This document shows positions 17,079 to 25,784 of a stretch of 32,000 nucleotides of DNA, piece after piece. The notes below the pieces were generated by a model that was not told the DNA's origin, did no database searches, and saw only the letters and a program-made list of their open reading frames with translations. This DNA is from Thermodesulfobacteriota bacterium (lineage in GTDB: Bacteria; Desulfobacterota; WTBG01; JAGOGO01), in the NCBI GenBank assembly GCA_026625185.1, contig CP113000.1, forward strand, positions 2,622,651 to 2,654,650, given 5' to 3'. A program made the position numbers and the translations under genes. Positions within the stretch are counted from its first letter, which is position 1. The number at the start of each line of letters is the position of its first letter.

Positions 17079-17600
17079 ATGGAAGGAATTATTTTTTACA
17101 TTATTGCCTTAGTTACGATCATTGCCGCACTGCGGGTGGTGATAGGGCGCAATGCGATTCACAGTGCCCTGTGGTTAGTGTTGGTGTTTTTTTGTTTCGG
17201 CGCGCTCTATGTGCTTTTACAAGCCGAATTTGTCGCGGCAATTCAAGTCATTGTTTATGCCGGAGCCATTATGGTCCTGTTCCTCTTTGTGATCATGCTT
17301 CTCCGGGTTGATCGGGCGGAGGAGTTGCTTTCCAAACACCGGGTCCAGAGAGTGGTGGGTGCGCTGTTGGGGATCGCTTTACTGGCGGGAATCGGAATGA
17401 CGGTGATGGTTGATCAAGTGCCGGGTAAAGTCAGCGAAAAAAGCCTCGAATCCTTGAATGCGCAGGCCGGAGGAAATACCCAGGCGCTGGCGGAAAAGCT
17501 TTTTACAGATTATCTGCTTCCCTTTGAAGTTACCTCAGCCCTTCTGCTGGCGGCGATTGTAGGCGCAGTAATTTTAGCTAAACGAAAAGAGGAGAAATAA
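17079..17600 (+). CDS. nuoJ: NADH-quinone oxidoreductase subunit J
   Basis: 173 aa membrane protein in the operon position of nuoJ, with the VQVIVYAGAIMVLFLFVIM motif. Confidence 0.88.
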   Translation: MEGIIFYIIALVTIIAALRVVIGRNAIHSALWLVLVFFCFGALYVLLQAEFVAAIQVIVYAGAIMVLFLFVIMLLRVDRAEELLSKHRVQRVVGALLGIALLAGIGMTVMVDQVPGKVSEKSLESLNAQAGGNTQALAEKLFTDYLLPFEVTSALLLAAIVGAVILAKRKEEK

Positions 17601-17603
17601 CCC

Positions 17604-17906
17604 ATGATACCCTTATCTCACTTTTTGGGTTTGAGCGTGATCTTGTTTACTATCGGAGTGTTGGGGGTCGTGATCAGAAGGAATGCGATCGTGATTTTTA
17701 TGTGCATCGAGCTTATGCTCAATGCCGTAAATTTAAGTTTTGTGGCTATTGCCCGGAGTTTATCGTCTTTAGATGGTCAGGTCATTGTCCTTTTGGTAAT
17801 GACGGTGGCGGCAGCGGAAGCAGCCGTGGGTCTTGCGATCATTATCAGCATCTTCCGGACTAAGGGAACCATCAATGTTGATGAGATAAATTTACTTAAA
17901 TGGTAA
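17604..17906 (+). CDS. nuoK: NADH-quinone oxidoreductase subunit K
   Basis: 100 aa, 3 TM segments, with the conserved Glu-containing motifs [11 protein letters not shown] and [11 protein letters not shown]. Confidence 0.9.
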   Translation: MIPLSHFLGLSVILFTIGVLGVVIRRNAIVIFMCIELMLNAVNLSFVAIARSLSSLDGQVIVLLVMTVAAAEAAVGLAIIISIFRTKGTINVDEINLLKW

Positions 17907-17920
17907 GAAAGTAACGTATT

Positions 17921-19891
17921 ATGCTGGACCTCATCTGGTTAGTTCCATTTTTACCCTTGTGTGGAGTCATCATTAACGGACTGCTGGGAATACGGTTTCC
18001 CAAACGCCTCACCGGAACCATCGGCTCGCTTACGGTATTCGGCTCTTTTCTGGTATCGTGCGGTGCTTTTTATGAACTTATCCAACTTCCGGCTGCCGAA
18101 CGCATCCGAGAAGTGATCCTCTGTCAGTGGATCCCGAGCGGTGATTTGGTGGTTAATCTCGGTTTCCTGGTCGATCCGCTTTCCATGGTGATGCTCTTGA
18201 CCGTTAGCGGCGTGTCTTTCCTTATTCACGTTTATTCGATCGGGTATATGCACGAGGATGAAGGATTTAGACGGTATTTTGTTTATCTCAACCTTTTTGT
18301 CTTTTTTATGCTTATCCTGGTTGCCGCCAACAGTTTTCTCCTGATGTTTGTGGGCTGGGAAGGAGTGGGACTTTGCTCTTATCTTCTTATCGGATTCTGG
18401 TACCAGCGCCAGGCTCCTGCGGACGCCGGTAAAAAGGCTTTTGTTGTTAACCGGGTTGGAGACTATGGATTTTTATTGGGCATGATGCTCATTTTTGTAA
18501 CCTTCGGGAGCCTCGATTTTTTAAAAGTATTCCCGCTTGCTCATCAGTATCTTCCCTATGGCGGAATTACGGCTACCATGATTACCCTTCTTCTTTTTGT
18601 TGGAGCGTGTGGGAAATCCGCTCAATTCCCGCTTTACGTATGGCTTCCTGATGCCATGGAAGGCCCTACTCCGGTGAGCGCTCTAATCCATGCTGCCACC
18701 ATGGTTACTGCCGGGGTCTATATGGTAGCGCGCTGCAACGCTTTCTATGTGTTGGCACCTCTATCTCTGGGGGTGGTCGCCATAATAGGGGTGGGGACCG
18801 CGCTTTATGCCGCGACCATGGGACTTACTCAGTTTGACATTAAACGGGTGCTCGCTTATTCAACGATCAGTCAGCTTGGCTACATGTTTCTGGCCTGCGG
18901 TGCGGGGGTCTTCGCGGCCGGAATTTTTCACCTTATGACCCACGCGTTTTTTAAAGCTCTTCTTTTCCTCGGTGCGGGGAGTGTGATGCATGCTTTGTCC
19001 GGCGAGCTTGATATCCGAAAAATGGGAGGATTGAGGAAACAGCTTCCGTGGACCCATTCAACCTTTTTAATCGCCACCCTGGCGATTGCCGGTATAGCCC
19101 CGCTGGCCGGGTTTTTCAGCAAAGATGCGATCCTGTGGGGAGCTTTTCAGAAGGATTCCTGGTTATGGCTGGTGGCCGCGATCACTGCTTTGCTTACCGC
19201 TCTTTATATGTTTCGCGCGGTGTTTATGGCTTTTTACGGCAAGCCGCGCCTTGATGAGCATGTTGCAAAACACGTGCATGAATCCCCGCCGGTGATGATT
19301 TTACCTCTCGTGGTGCTGGCCATTTTATCCGTGGTTGGCGGGTGGATCGGTATTCCCCCTTCTTTGGGAGGCGGAGAATGGTTCCAGGAATTTTTAGCGC
19401 CGGTGTTTAAGAGCGCGGCTCCGGTTGCGGTTCATCATCAGGCCGGAGGCCTGAGTTTGGTAGGCCTTGCTCAGGCAGCCGAAAGTTTAGGGCATAGCGA
19501 GGAGCTTTCCTTGGAATGGGCGCTAATGGGAGTTTCATTAGGAGTGGCGATTGTGGGTATTAGCTTGGCCTATTACCTTTACTTAAAAAATCCGGAAGCA
19601 CCAGGGAAAATTGCGAATAGTTTTAAAACCCTTTATTGGATTATTTTCAATAAATATTATATGGATGAAATTTATAATGCCATTTTTGTGCAGCCCATTC
19701 GTCGCGGCTCAGAATGGCTGTGGCACTCAGTTGACGAAAACGTTATTGATGGAACCGCTAATGGCGCCGGCAGGTTGTGTACCGGTTTGAGCGCCATTCT
19801 TAAGCGGCTTCAAACCGGTTATGTCCAGAACTATGCGATCTGGATGTTGGTGGGAACAGTACTGCTTATGGCATACTATTTTTTCCGCTAA
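17921..19891 (+). CDS. nuoL: NADH-quinone oxidoreductase subunit L (antiporter-like, with C-terminal lateral helix region)
   Basis: 656 aa. Mrp-antiporter-like motifs WEGVGLCSYLLIGFW and PTPVSALIHAATMVTAGVY. Confidence 0.92.
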   Translation: MLDLIWLVPFLPLCGVIINGLLGIRFPKRLTGTIGSLTVFGSFLVSCGAFYELIQLPAAERIREVILCQWIPSGDLVVNLGFLVDPLSMVMLLTVSGVSFLIHVYSIGYMHEDEGFRRYFVYLNLFVFFMLILVAANSFLLMFVGWEGVGLCSYLLIGFWYQRQAPADAGKKAFVVNRVGDYGFLLGMMLIFVTFGSLDFLKVFPLAHQYLPYGGITATMITLLLFVGACGKSAQFPLYVWLPDAMEGPTPVSALIHAATMVTAGVYMVARCNAFYVLAPLSLGVVAIIGVGTALYAATMGLTQFDIKRVLAYSTISQLGYMFLACGAGVFAAGIFHLMTHAFFKALLFLGAGSVMHALSGELDIRKMGGLRKQLPWTHSTFLIATLAIAGIAPLAGFFSKDAILWGAFQKDSWLWLVAAITALLTALYMFRAVFMAFYGKPRLDEHVAKHVHESPPVMILPLVVLAILSVVGGWIGIPPSLGGGEWFQEFLAPVFKSAAPVAVHHQAGGLSLVGLAQAAESLGHSEELSLEWALMGVSLGVAIVGISLAYYLYLKNPEAPGKIANSFKTLYWIIFNKYYMDEIYNAIFVQPIRRGSEWLWHSVDENVIDGTANGAGRLCTGLSAILKRLQTGYVQNYAIWMLVGTVLLMAYYFFR

Positions 19892-19900
19892 GGAGAATCG

Positions 19901-21478
19901 ATGGAGTATCCGATCCTCAGCTATTTAATATTTTTACCCTTGATCGGGGTGTTTGCGCTTTTTTTCCTTGACCACACGAAAGAAAAGCTTTTAAAAGGGG
20001 TCGCCCTTCTTATCACGCTGATCGAGTTTGTCCTTTCTCTGCCCTTGTTTTTTATGTTCCAGGTGGAAAACGGGGGGATGCAGTTTACCGAATATCTTTC
20101 CTGGGTACCGCGCCTGGGAATTGCTTATCGGGTGGGACTCGATGGGCTCAGCCTCTGGCTGGTGCTGCTGACTACCTTTCTATCCTGTATCGCCGTGTTA
20201 GCCTGCTGGGAAGACATTAAACAGCATGTCAAAGAGTTCCTCGTCTGTATTCTCCTTATGGAAACAGGGATGGTGGGGGTTTTTGTGGCCCTGGATGTTT
20301 TTCTTTTTTATGTTTTCTGGGAAGTAATGTTGATTCCGATGTACTTTATTATCGGGGTGTGGGGCAATCCCGCGCGGAGAATTTATGCGGCCATAAAGTT
20401 TGTTCTTTTCACCATGGTTGGAAGCTTACTCATGCTCGTGGCGATTCTCTACATTTACTTTTACCATGCGAATGTTACCGGGGAATACACTTTTGACCTT
20501 TTAAAATGGTATAATCTGACGATCCCCCACTCAGTGCAAACCTGGCTTTTCCTCGCTTTTGGACTGGCGTTTGCCATCAAGGTGCCGATGTTTCCTTTTC
20601 ACACGTGGTTACCGGACGCGCACACCGAAGCGCCTACGGTCGGCAGCGTGCTTCTGGCGGCGGTTCTCTTGAAGATGGGAACCTATGGTTTTCTCCGCTA
20701 TAACTTGCCGCTTTTTCCGGAAGCGTTCGTCAGTTTTGTGCCGCTCATATCGCTGCTGGCAGTGATAGGAATTATTTATGGCGCTTTGGTAGCCATGGTG
20801 CAGGCGGATGTTAAACGCTTAGTTGCTTTTTCTTCCGTAAGCCATCTGGGTTTTGTGATGCTTGGTCTTTTTACCTTGAACCTCCAGGGTATTCAAGGCG
20901 GAATCATTCAGATGATCAACCATGGGCTTTCGACCGGAGCTTTGTTTCTCATCGTGGGAATGATCTATGAGCGCCGACATACCCGGATGATCGTGGAATT
21001 CGGCGGATTATCCAAGGTGATGCCCATTTATGCTACTCTTTTTATGATTGTGACCCTTTCTTCGATCGGGCTTCCCGGGCTGAATGGTTTTGTGGGCGAA
21101 TTTTTGATTCTCTTGGGAGCTTTCCGTTCGCAGTTCACTAATGTGATATTCGTAGTGTTTGCGGCAACCGGCGTCATCCTCGCCGCGGTTTACATGCTGT
21201 GGATGTTTCAGCGCGTTATGTTTGGCGAAGTGACGAATCCGAATAATAAAAACCTCCCCGATTTGAGCAAACGGGAAATCATGGTTTTAGTGCCGGTGGT
21301 AATTTTTATTATCTGGATCGGCGTTTATCCCAAGCCATTCCTTAAACCTATGGAAGCAACCGTTAATTCCATGATAAAAAGAGTTGAGCAAAGGGTGAAC
21401 GTGAAAACAGTCCAGGAAGGAAAAGTGTCCTTCAAGGCTTTGAAGGTAGTTGAAAGTCAGGGAGAACAAGGAGCTTAG
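19901..21478 (+). CDS. nuoM: NADH-quinone oxidoreductase subunit M
   Basis: 525 aa. Motifs FWEVMLIPMYFIIGVWG and HTWLPDAHTEAPTVGSVLLA. AAGGAG Shine-Dalgarno upstream. Confidence 0.92.
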   Translation: MEYPILSYLIFLPLIGVFALFFLDHTKEKLLKGVALLITLIEFVLSLPLFFMFQVENGGMQFTEYLSWVPRLGIAYRVGLDGLSLWLVLLTTFLSCIAVLACWEDIKQHVKEFLVCILLMETGMVGVFVALDVFLFYVFWEVMLIPMYFIIGVWGNPARRIYAAIKFVLFTMVGSLLMLVAILYIYFYHANVTGEYTFDLLKWYNLTIPHSVQTWLFLAFGLAFAIKVPMFPFHTWLPDAHTEAPTVGSVLLAAVLLKMGTYGFLRYNLPLFPEAFVSFVPLISLLAVIGIIYGALVAMVQADVKRLVAFSSVSHLGFVMLGLFTLNLQGIQGGIIQMINHGLSTGALFLIVGMIYERRHTRMIVEFGGLSKVMPIYATLFMIVTLSSIGLPGLNGFVGEFLILLGAFRSQFTNVIFVVFAATGVILAAVYMLWMFQRVMFGEVTNPNNKNLPDLSKREIMVLVPVVIFIIWIGVYPKPFLKPMEATVNSMIKRVEQRVNVKTVQEGKVSFKALKVVESQGEQGA

Positions 21479-21479
21479 A

Positions 21480-22928
21480 ATGACGATACCAGACGTAAAC
21501 TGGACTTCCATCGGAACAGAACTCATACTTATCAGCACCGCAGTATTGGTGATTTTCTTTGACCTCGTGGTTAAAGATAAAAAGAAAGACAGCCTTGGAT
21601 ACCTTACCGTGCTCGGTATGCTCGGGGCGTTAGTTTTTGCAATGACGGATAAGGAAGGGACGGCCATAGCTTTTGGGGGGATGATTACTAATGATAGTTT
21701 TACCCAGTTTTTAACCGTTCTCATCGTGGGCGTGGCTATTATCGTTACCCTGATGTCTATGCAGTCTCTCCGGGAGGGAAGCATGGATGTGGGGGGTTAC
21801 CACACGCTGGTGCTTCTGGCGACCGTAGGGATGCTGCTTATGGTTAAGGGGCTTGATCTGATCATCATTTTTCTCGGGTTGGAAACTCTTTCAATCGCCA
21901 TCTATGTGTTGGCTGGTTATCGTAAGGGTGCGGAACAAAGCGCGGAGGCCGCGTTTAAGTATTTCCTGCTGGGGGCGTTTGCAGCGGCTTTCTTGCTCTA
22001 TGGGATTGCCCTGATTTACGGAGCAACCGGAACCACGCGGATTGAGGGGATCGCCCAGTACATTGCCCTTAAAAACTTGGGAACGAATCCGCTTTTGCTG
22101 TTAGGGGTTGGCCTTCTTCTGGTTGGTTTGGGCTTTAAATTAGCGTTAGTGCCGTTTCACTCCTGGACCCCGGATGTGTATGAAGGAGCGCCGACTGCGA
22201 TTACTGCCTTTATGGCGGTAGGAGTAAAAGCCGCGGCTTTTGCCGCATTTGTGAGAATTTTTGGGGGAGCACTACCCCTGATTGCATTTCAATGGAAAGA
22301 TGTATTGTGGATGCTGGCGGTTATCACCATGACCGTGGGGAACGTGGTGGCTTTATCTCAGACGAATATTAAAAGGATGCTCGCTTACTCCAGCATCGCG
22401 CATGCCGGGTATATTCTTGTGGGCATTATTGCCGGCGGGAGCGTGGGCTGGTCAGCCGTGCTCTACTATTTAGGGGCGTACGCGTTTATGAATTTGGGCG
22501 CCTTCGGCATCGTGGTCTTTTATGGGTACAAACAAGAAGCTAATGTGGAGATCGCTGATTATGCGGGTCTGGGTTTTCGATACCCGTTTTTGGGAGCCGC
22601 CATGGCTATCTTCCTTTTTTCTTTGGCCGGGATTCCGCCGTTAGCCGGGTTTATGGGAAAGTTTTATATTTTTAGTGCCGCGATTAAATCCGGTTATATT
22701 TGGCTTACCATTATCGGAGTCATGAACAGTCTGGTTTCCGTTTTTTACTACTTCCGGGTTACCGTGATTATGTACATGAAAGAGCCGATTAAAGAAGTAG
22801 TTCTCAACTATTCCCTTCCCATCACAATCGTGCTGATCATTGCTTTAGTCGGAACCATCCAAATGGGCATTGCTCCTAACTTTTATCTGGAACGCGCCCT
22901 TGATTCTATTAAGTGGCTGATAGGCTGA
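21480..22928 (+). CDS. nuoN: NADH-quinone oxidoreductase subunit N
   Basis: Motifs LETLSIAIYVLAG and HSWTPDVYEGAPTAITAFM. I prefer ATG 21480 (MTIPDVNW), which sits after the GGAGAACAAGGAG region and the nuoM stop. The track start at 21450 would overlap nuoM. Confidence 0.9.
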   Translation: MTIPDVNWTSIGTELILISTAVLVIFFDLVVKDKKKDSLGYLTVLGMLGALVFAMTDKEGTAIAFGGMITNDSFTQFLTVLIVGVAIIVTLMSMQSLREGSMDVGGYHTLVLLATVGMLLMVKGLDLIIIFLGLETLSIAIYVLAGYRKGAEQSAEAAFKYFLLGAFAAAFLLYGIALIYGATGTTRIEGIAQYIALKNLGTNPLLLLGVGLLLVGLGFKLALVPFHSWTPDVYEGAPTAITAFMAVGVKAAAFAAFVRIFGGALPLIAFQWKDVLWMLAVITMTVGNVVALSQTNIKRMLAYSSIAHAGYILVGIIAGGSVGWSAVLYYLGAYAFMNLGAFGIVVFYGYKQEANVEIADYAGLGFRYPFLGAAMAIFLFSLAGIPPLAGFMGKFYIFSAAIKSGYIWLTIIGVMNSLVSVFYYFRVTVIMYMKEPIKEVVLNYSLPITIVLIIALVGTIQMGIAPNFYLERALDSIKWLIG

Positions 22929-22990
22929 TTTTTCTGCACTCGATAACCTGATCGTGTTTTTTTCTTCTTAAATCATGTAATTTTTTTTGT

Positions 22991-23020
22991 AAGGGCAGGC
23001 CCCCGTGCCTGCCCTTCTTT
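22991..23020 (+). terminator. Intrinsic terminator of the nuo operon
   Basis: Perfect 10-bp stem AAGGGCAGGC (22991-23000) / GCCTGCCCTT (23007-23016) with loop ccccgt, followed by CTTT and preceded by T8. About 60 nt after the nuoN stop. Confidence 0.7.
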
Positions 23021-23165
23021 AGGACAACCAAGGAGTTTGTCAATAAAAAATAGATTGTATTAATAAATTGTTACGACTAAATATTTAAGTTATTTTTTAT
23101 ATTGTAAAGCTGACCTTTTTGAATCTTATGCAAATTAATATAAGCATTTTCCCGCACAAATTAGC

Positions 23166-23204
23166 TTGACATCAGATTGATGCTGACGTACTATATGCGG
23201 TACG
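23166..23204 (+). promoter_or_regulatory. yefM-yoeB promoter with overlapping paired GTAC-core operator
   Basis: TTGACA (23166-23171), 17-nt spacer, TACTAT (23189-23194). CGTAC (23187-23191) and GTACG (23200-23204) form an inverted pair. Their GTAC cores are 12 bp apart centre to centre and overlap the -10. Confidence 0.6.
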
Positions 23205-23222
23205 ATTAGGAGGTAATAAAAA

Positions 23223-23465
23223 ATGACAATTCTATCGGCATCCGAAGCAAGAAAACGCTTATATAATCTTGTTGATGAGGTTAAAGAGACGCACGAACCA
23301 GTCCAAATCAAAGGCAAGAGGAATTCAGCAGTCTTGATCTCCGAGGAAGACTGGCGGGCGATAGAGGAGACTCTCTATCTTACTTCCATTCCCGGTATGC
23401 GTGAGTCTATTAAGAAAGGTCTTAATATCCCGATTGAAAAGTGTGATGAGGAACCTGGCTGGTGA
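23223..23465 (+). CDS. yefM: Type II antitoxin, Phd/YefM family
   Basis: 80 aa. The N-terminus (ILSASEARKRLYNLVDEV...PVQI...AVLISEEDWRAIEETLYL) is typical of YefM. AGGAGG Shine-Dalgarno upstream. Confidence 0.85.
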   Translation: MTILSASEARKRLYNLVDEVKETHEPVQIKGKRNSAVLISEEDWRAIEETLYLTSIPGMRESIKKGLNIPIEKCDEEPGW

Positions 23466-23725
23466 GTTGGCGTCTGGTTTTCACCAAGCAGGCTCAAAAA
23501 GACGCAAAGAAGATAGCGAAGTCCGGTCTAAAACTCACGGTCGTGCGCTTACTGGACATCCTTCGACAAGACCCCTACCAGAACCCACCTTTTTTTGAAA
23601 AACTCGTAGGCGACCTCGCCGGCGCGTATTCCCGAAGAATCAACATAAAACATCGCCTCGTCTATCAGATTCTTGATGACATCAAGACGGTTAAAGTTAT
23701 TCGAATGTGGACGCATTATGAATAA
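23462..23725 (+). CDS. yoeB: Type II toxin, YoeB/Txe family mRNA interferase
   Basis: 87 aa. GTG start overlaps the yefM stop (GTGA). Motifs KLVGDLAGAYSRRINIKHRLVY and the C-terminal WTHYE. Confidence 0.85.
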   Translation: MSWRLVFTKQAQKDAKKIAKSGLKLTVVRLLDILRQDPYQNPPFFEKLVGDLAGAYSRRINIKHRLVYQILDDIKTVKVIRMWTHYE

Positions 23726-24238
23726 TTTCCCGAATTTTTTTAACTATTCGACTTTTTGACCCTTTGACCCTTCGACCTTTTTTTGTTGACATTTTAGCTG
23801 GTTAGCGCTAAAAAAAAATAATTTCAAACCACAAAAATAGTTAATCGCACTAAAAAAAGGATTGCCTGATGGGAAAGGCTTTCGTGATTAGGAAGGATAA
23901 AAATAAGGTCAAATCGCCGGATTAGAAAAGCGATGGATCTTTTTTTTCTTTAGGTGGAGCCACTTTTATCACTGACGACTTACACTAATACTTTCACTGA
24001 AGTAGTTAGGTTTTTATTTAAGATTTATATTATTGTTGTTAGGCTTCTATATTAATTGGGTGCAAAGAAAAAACGAAAGAATTAGGTCGACAAGGTTTAT
24101 AAAATTATAACATTCCTAAAATTAAATAACGAATCGGGAGAGGAGGTAACCGGGCCATGTTTCGATATCAACGAATTGAAGAATCAGATAAATGCAGTGT
24201 TAATTATTTCGTAAAAATAGCAAGGAAAAGGTGGAGAA

Positions 24239-24748
24239 ATGGAAGGGAAACCAGTTGCAGATAGCCGTACGGTCATGGCACAGATAATGAACTCGCTGGA
24301 TACGAACCTTGCAGGAAACGTTCACGGCGGGGTTATTATGAAGCTCATTGATACTCTTGGGGGAGCGGTTGGGACTCGACACGCAAGGGCCAATGTAGTT
24401 ACTGCTTCTGTGGATCGTTTGGACTTTCATTATCCGTTATTCATCGGAGATTTGGTAACCCTGTACGCCAGCCTTAATTATGTGGGAATAACTTCCATGG
24501 AAGTTGGTGTTCGCGTGGAGTCAGAAAATCTTATGACCGGTGAGAGACATCATATAGCTTCTGCCTATTTGACCTTTGTGGCCCTTGATAGAAATAACCG
24601 CCCCATCCCAGTGCCTCCGCTGATATTGGAAACCGATGATGAAATAAGAAGAAATCACGAAGCCAAGGAGAGACGGGAGAGGCGTCTTGCGGAAAAAACA
24701 AAGGAGAAACAATGCCAACTCGATGCAAACAAGTGCGACTTCTCCTGA
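24239..24748 (+). CDS. Acyl-CoA thioesterase (hotdog fold, YciA/BFIT-like)
   Basis: Core sequence N..GNVHGGVIMKLIDTLGGAV...VVTASVDRLDFHYPLFIGDLVTL...SMEVGVRVESE. Lys/Arg/Glu-rich C-terminal tail. Confidence 0.8.
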   Translation: MEGKPVADSRTVMAQIMNSLDTNLAGNVHGGVIMKLIDTLGGAVGTRHARANVVTASVDRLDFHYPLFIGDLVTLYASLNYVGITSMEVGVRVESENLMTGERHHIASAYLTFVALDRNNRPIPVPPLILETDDEIRRNHEAKERRERRLAEKTKEKQCQLDANKCDFS

Positions 24749-25046
24749 TTCAACCACCATACGGTATGCGGTAGACAGAGCGGCGGGCAATGAAATTATC
24801 CTGATTACCTGGTTTCACCAGACGGATCGCAATATATTGAAATTGCACCCCCGCGGTGACCGGAACCGGCCACTAACCGGTGTATTTGCTACCCGCTCAC
24901 CGGATAGACCCAATCCTCTCGGCTTACATCGGGTTACGGTTCTGGAAATCGTTGGAGATAGATTGAGAGTGGAACCGATAGAAGCGATTGACGACACGGC
25001 GATAGTAGATATAAAGGCAGTGCTCTCAAAATCAGTCGACTCATAA
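24712..25046 (+). pseudogene. TrmO/TsaA (UPF0066)-like gene, apparently frameshifted near 24766 and missing about 25-30 internal codons
   Basis: The C-terminal two-thirds (track ORF frame) has family motifs: ILITWFHQ, GVFATRSPDRPNPLGLHRV, DDTAIVDIK. ATG 24712, 5 nt after AAGGAG, opens another frame reading MPTRCKQVRLLLIQPPYGMR*. IQPPYG followed by AVDRAAG in the other frame mimics E. coli YaeB IRSPY..FAVPRQPG if 1 nt is restored. The segment between that motif and the FSH..FH strand is absent. Confidence 0.5.
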
Positions 25047-25244
25047 TGATAAAGACTAAAAACCCATTCCAGCCACCGGCCAGTATGGTGTCCACTGCTC
25101 ATGTCAATCGCGCATGCCGTTTTGGTACTTAGTTTGCGGGGTGGTTCAGGTATTTAACGGACCCGAAGGGTAGGAAAAGGGCAAGGGTGCCGTCGTGAGA
25201 CTCCGTCCTATCCAGATTATGCAGTATATAATGAAAGCACAACA

Positions 25245-25784
25245 ATGAGCAGAATAGCTCTTTTTACCGACGTAAGTATAAATACAAATTTGAAGATAGG
25301 ATTCGGCGCTTATTTAATTATTCCAGAATCGTATTTAAAAGAAAAATTATATGATTTAAATAAAAAAGAAGTAAAATTAAAAAAATTTGAATCAACCTCA
25401 TCAACAAAGTTAGAAATCGAAACTCTTTTATGGTCATTAGAAGAATTAGAGAAAAGCCATAAAGAGATAGCCTTATATGGAAATGTAACAATATATACTG
25501 ATTCTCAGTGTATTGCCGGTTTGTCAGGTCGAAGGACTAAATTAGAGCGTTCTGAATTTAAAAGTTCAAAAACGAATAAAGAATTAAATAACGCCTTACT
25601 TTACCGCAGATTTTATCGTTTTAGTGATAGGTTAAAATTTGAAATTATTAAATTAAAAGGTCATTCAACATCAATTATAAAAGATAAAATACATAAGATG
25701 TTTTCCACTGTGGACAAAGGATCGAGAAAAGCTTTAAGAGCTTATTTAGATAAGAATAAATTACATAATAAAAGCGTTGCCTAA
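25245..25784 (+). CDS. RNase H-like (type 1 / RVT_3-like) protein, compositionally foreign
   Basis: DEDD-type residues appear in the canonical order: LFTDVS (D9), STKLEIETLLWSLEEL (E), IYTDSQ (D), KGHS, FSTVDKGSRKAL (D). A hand count over 25321-25780 gives about 27% G+C, versus about 50-55% in sampled flanking lines. No obvious Shine-Dalgarno. Confidence 0.6.
   Translation: MSRIALFTDVSINTNLKIGFGAYLIIPESYLKEKLYDLNKKEVKLKKFESTSSTKLEIETLLWSLEELEKSHKEIALYGNVTIYTDSQCIAGLSGRRTKLERSEFKSSKTNKELNNALLYRRFYRFSDRLKFEIIKLKGHSTSIIKDKIHKMFSTVDKGSRKALRAYLDKNKLHNKSVA

Noticed and set aside
25047-25244. GC-rich 198-nt spacer upstream of the RNase H-like gene as a structured ncRNA (retron msr/msd-like) or G-quadruplex (GGGG..GGG..GGG..GGG at about 25137-25190)
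   Set aside because: I could find only 4-bp complementary segments, with no flanking a1/a2-type inverted repeats and no reverse transcriptase nearby. The G-runs are unevenly spaced (a 29-nt first loop). This is insufficient evidence.
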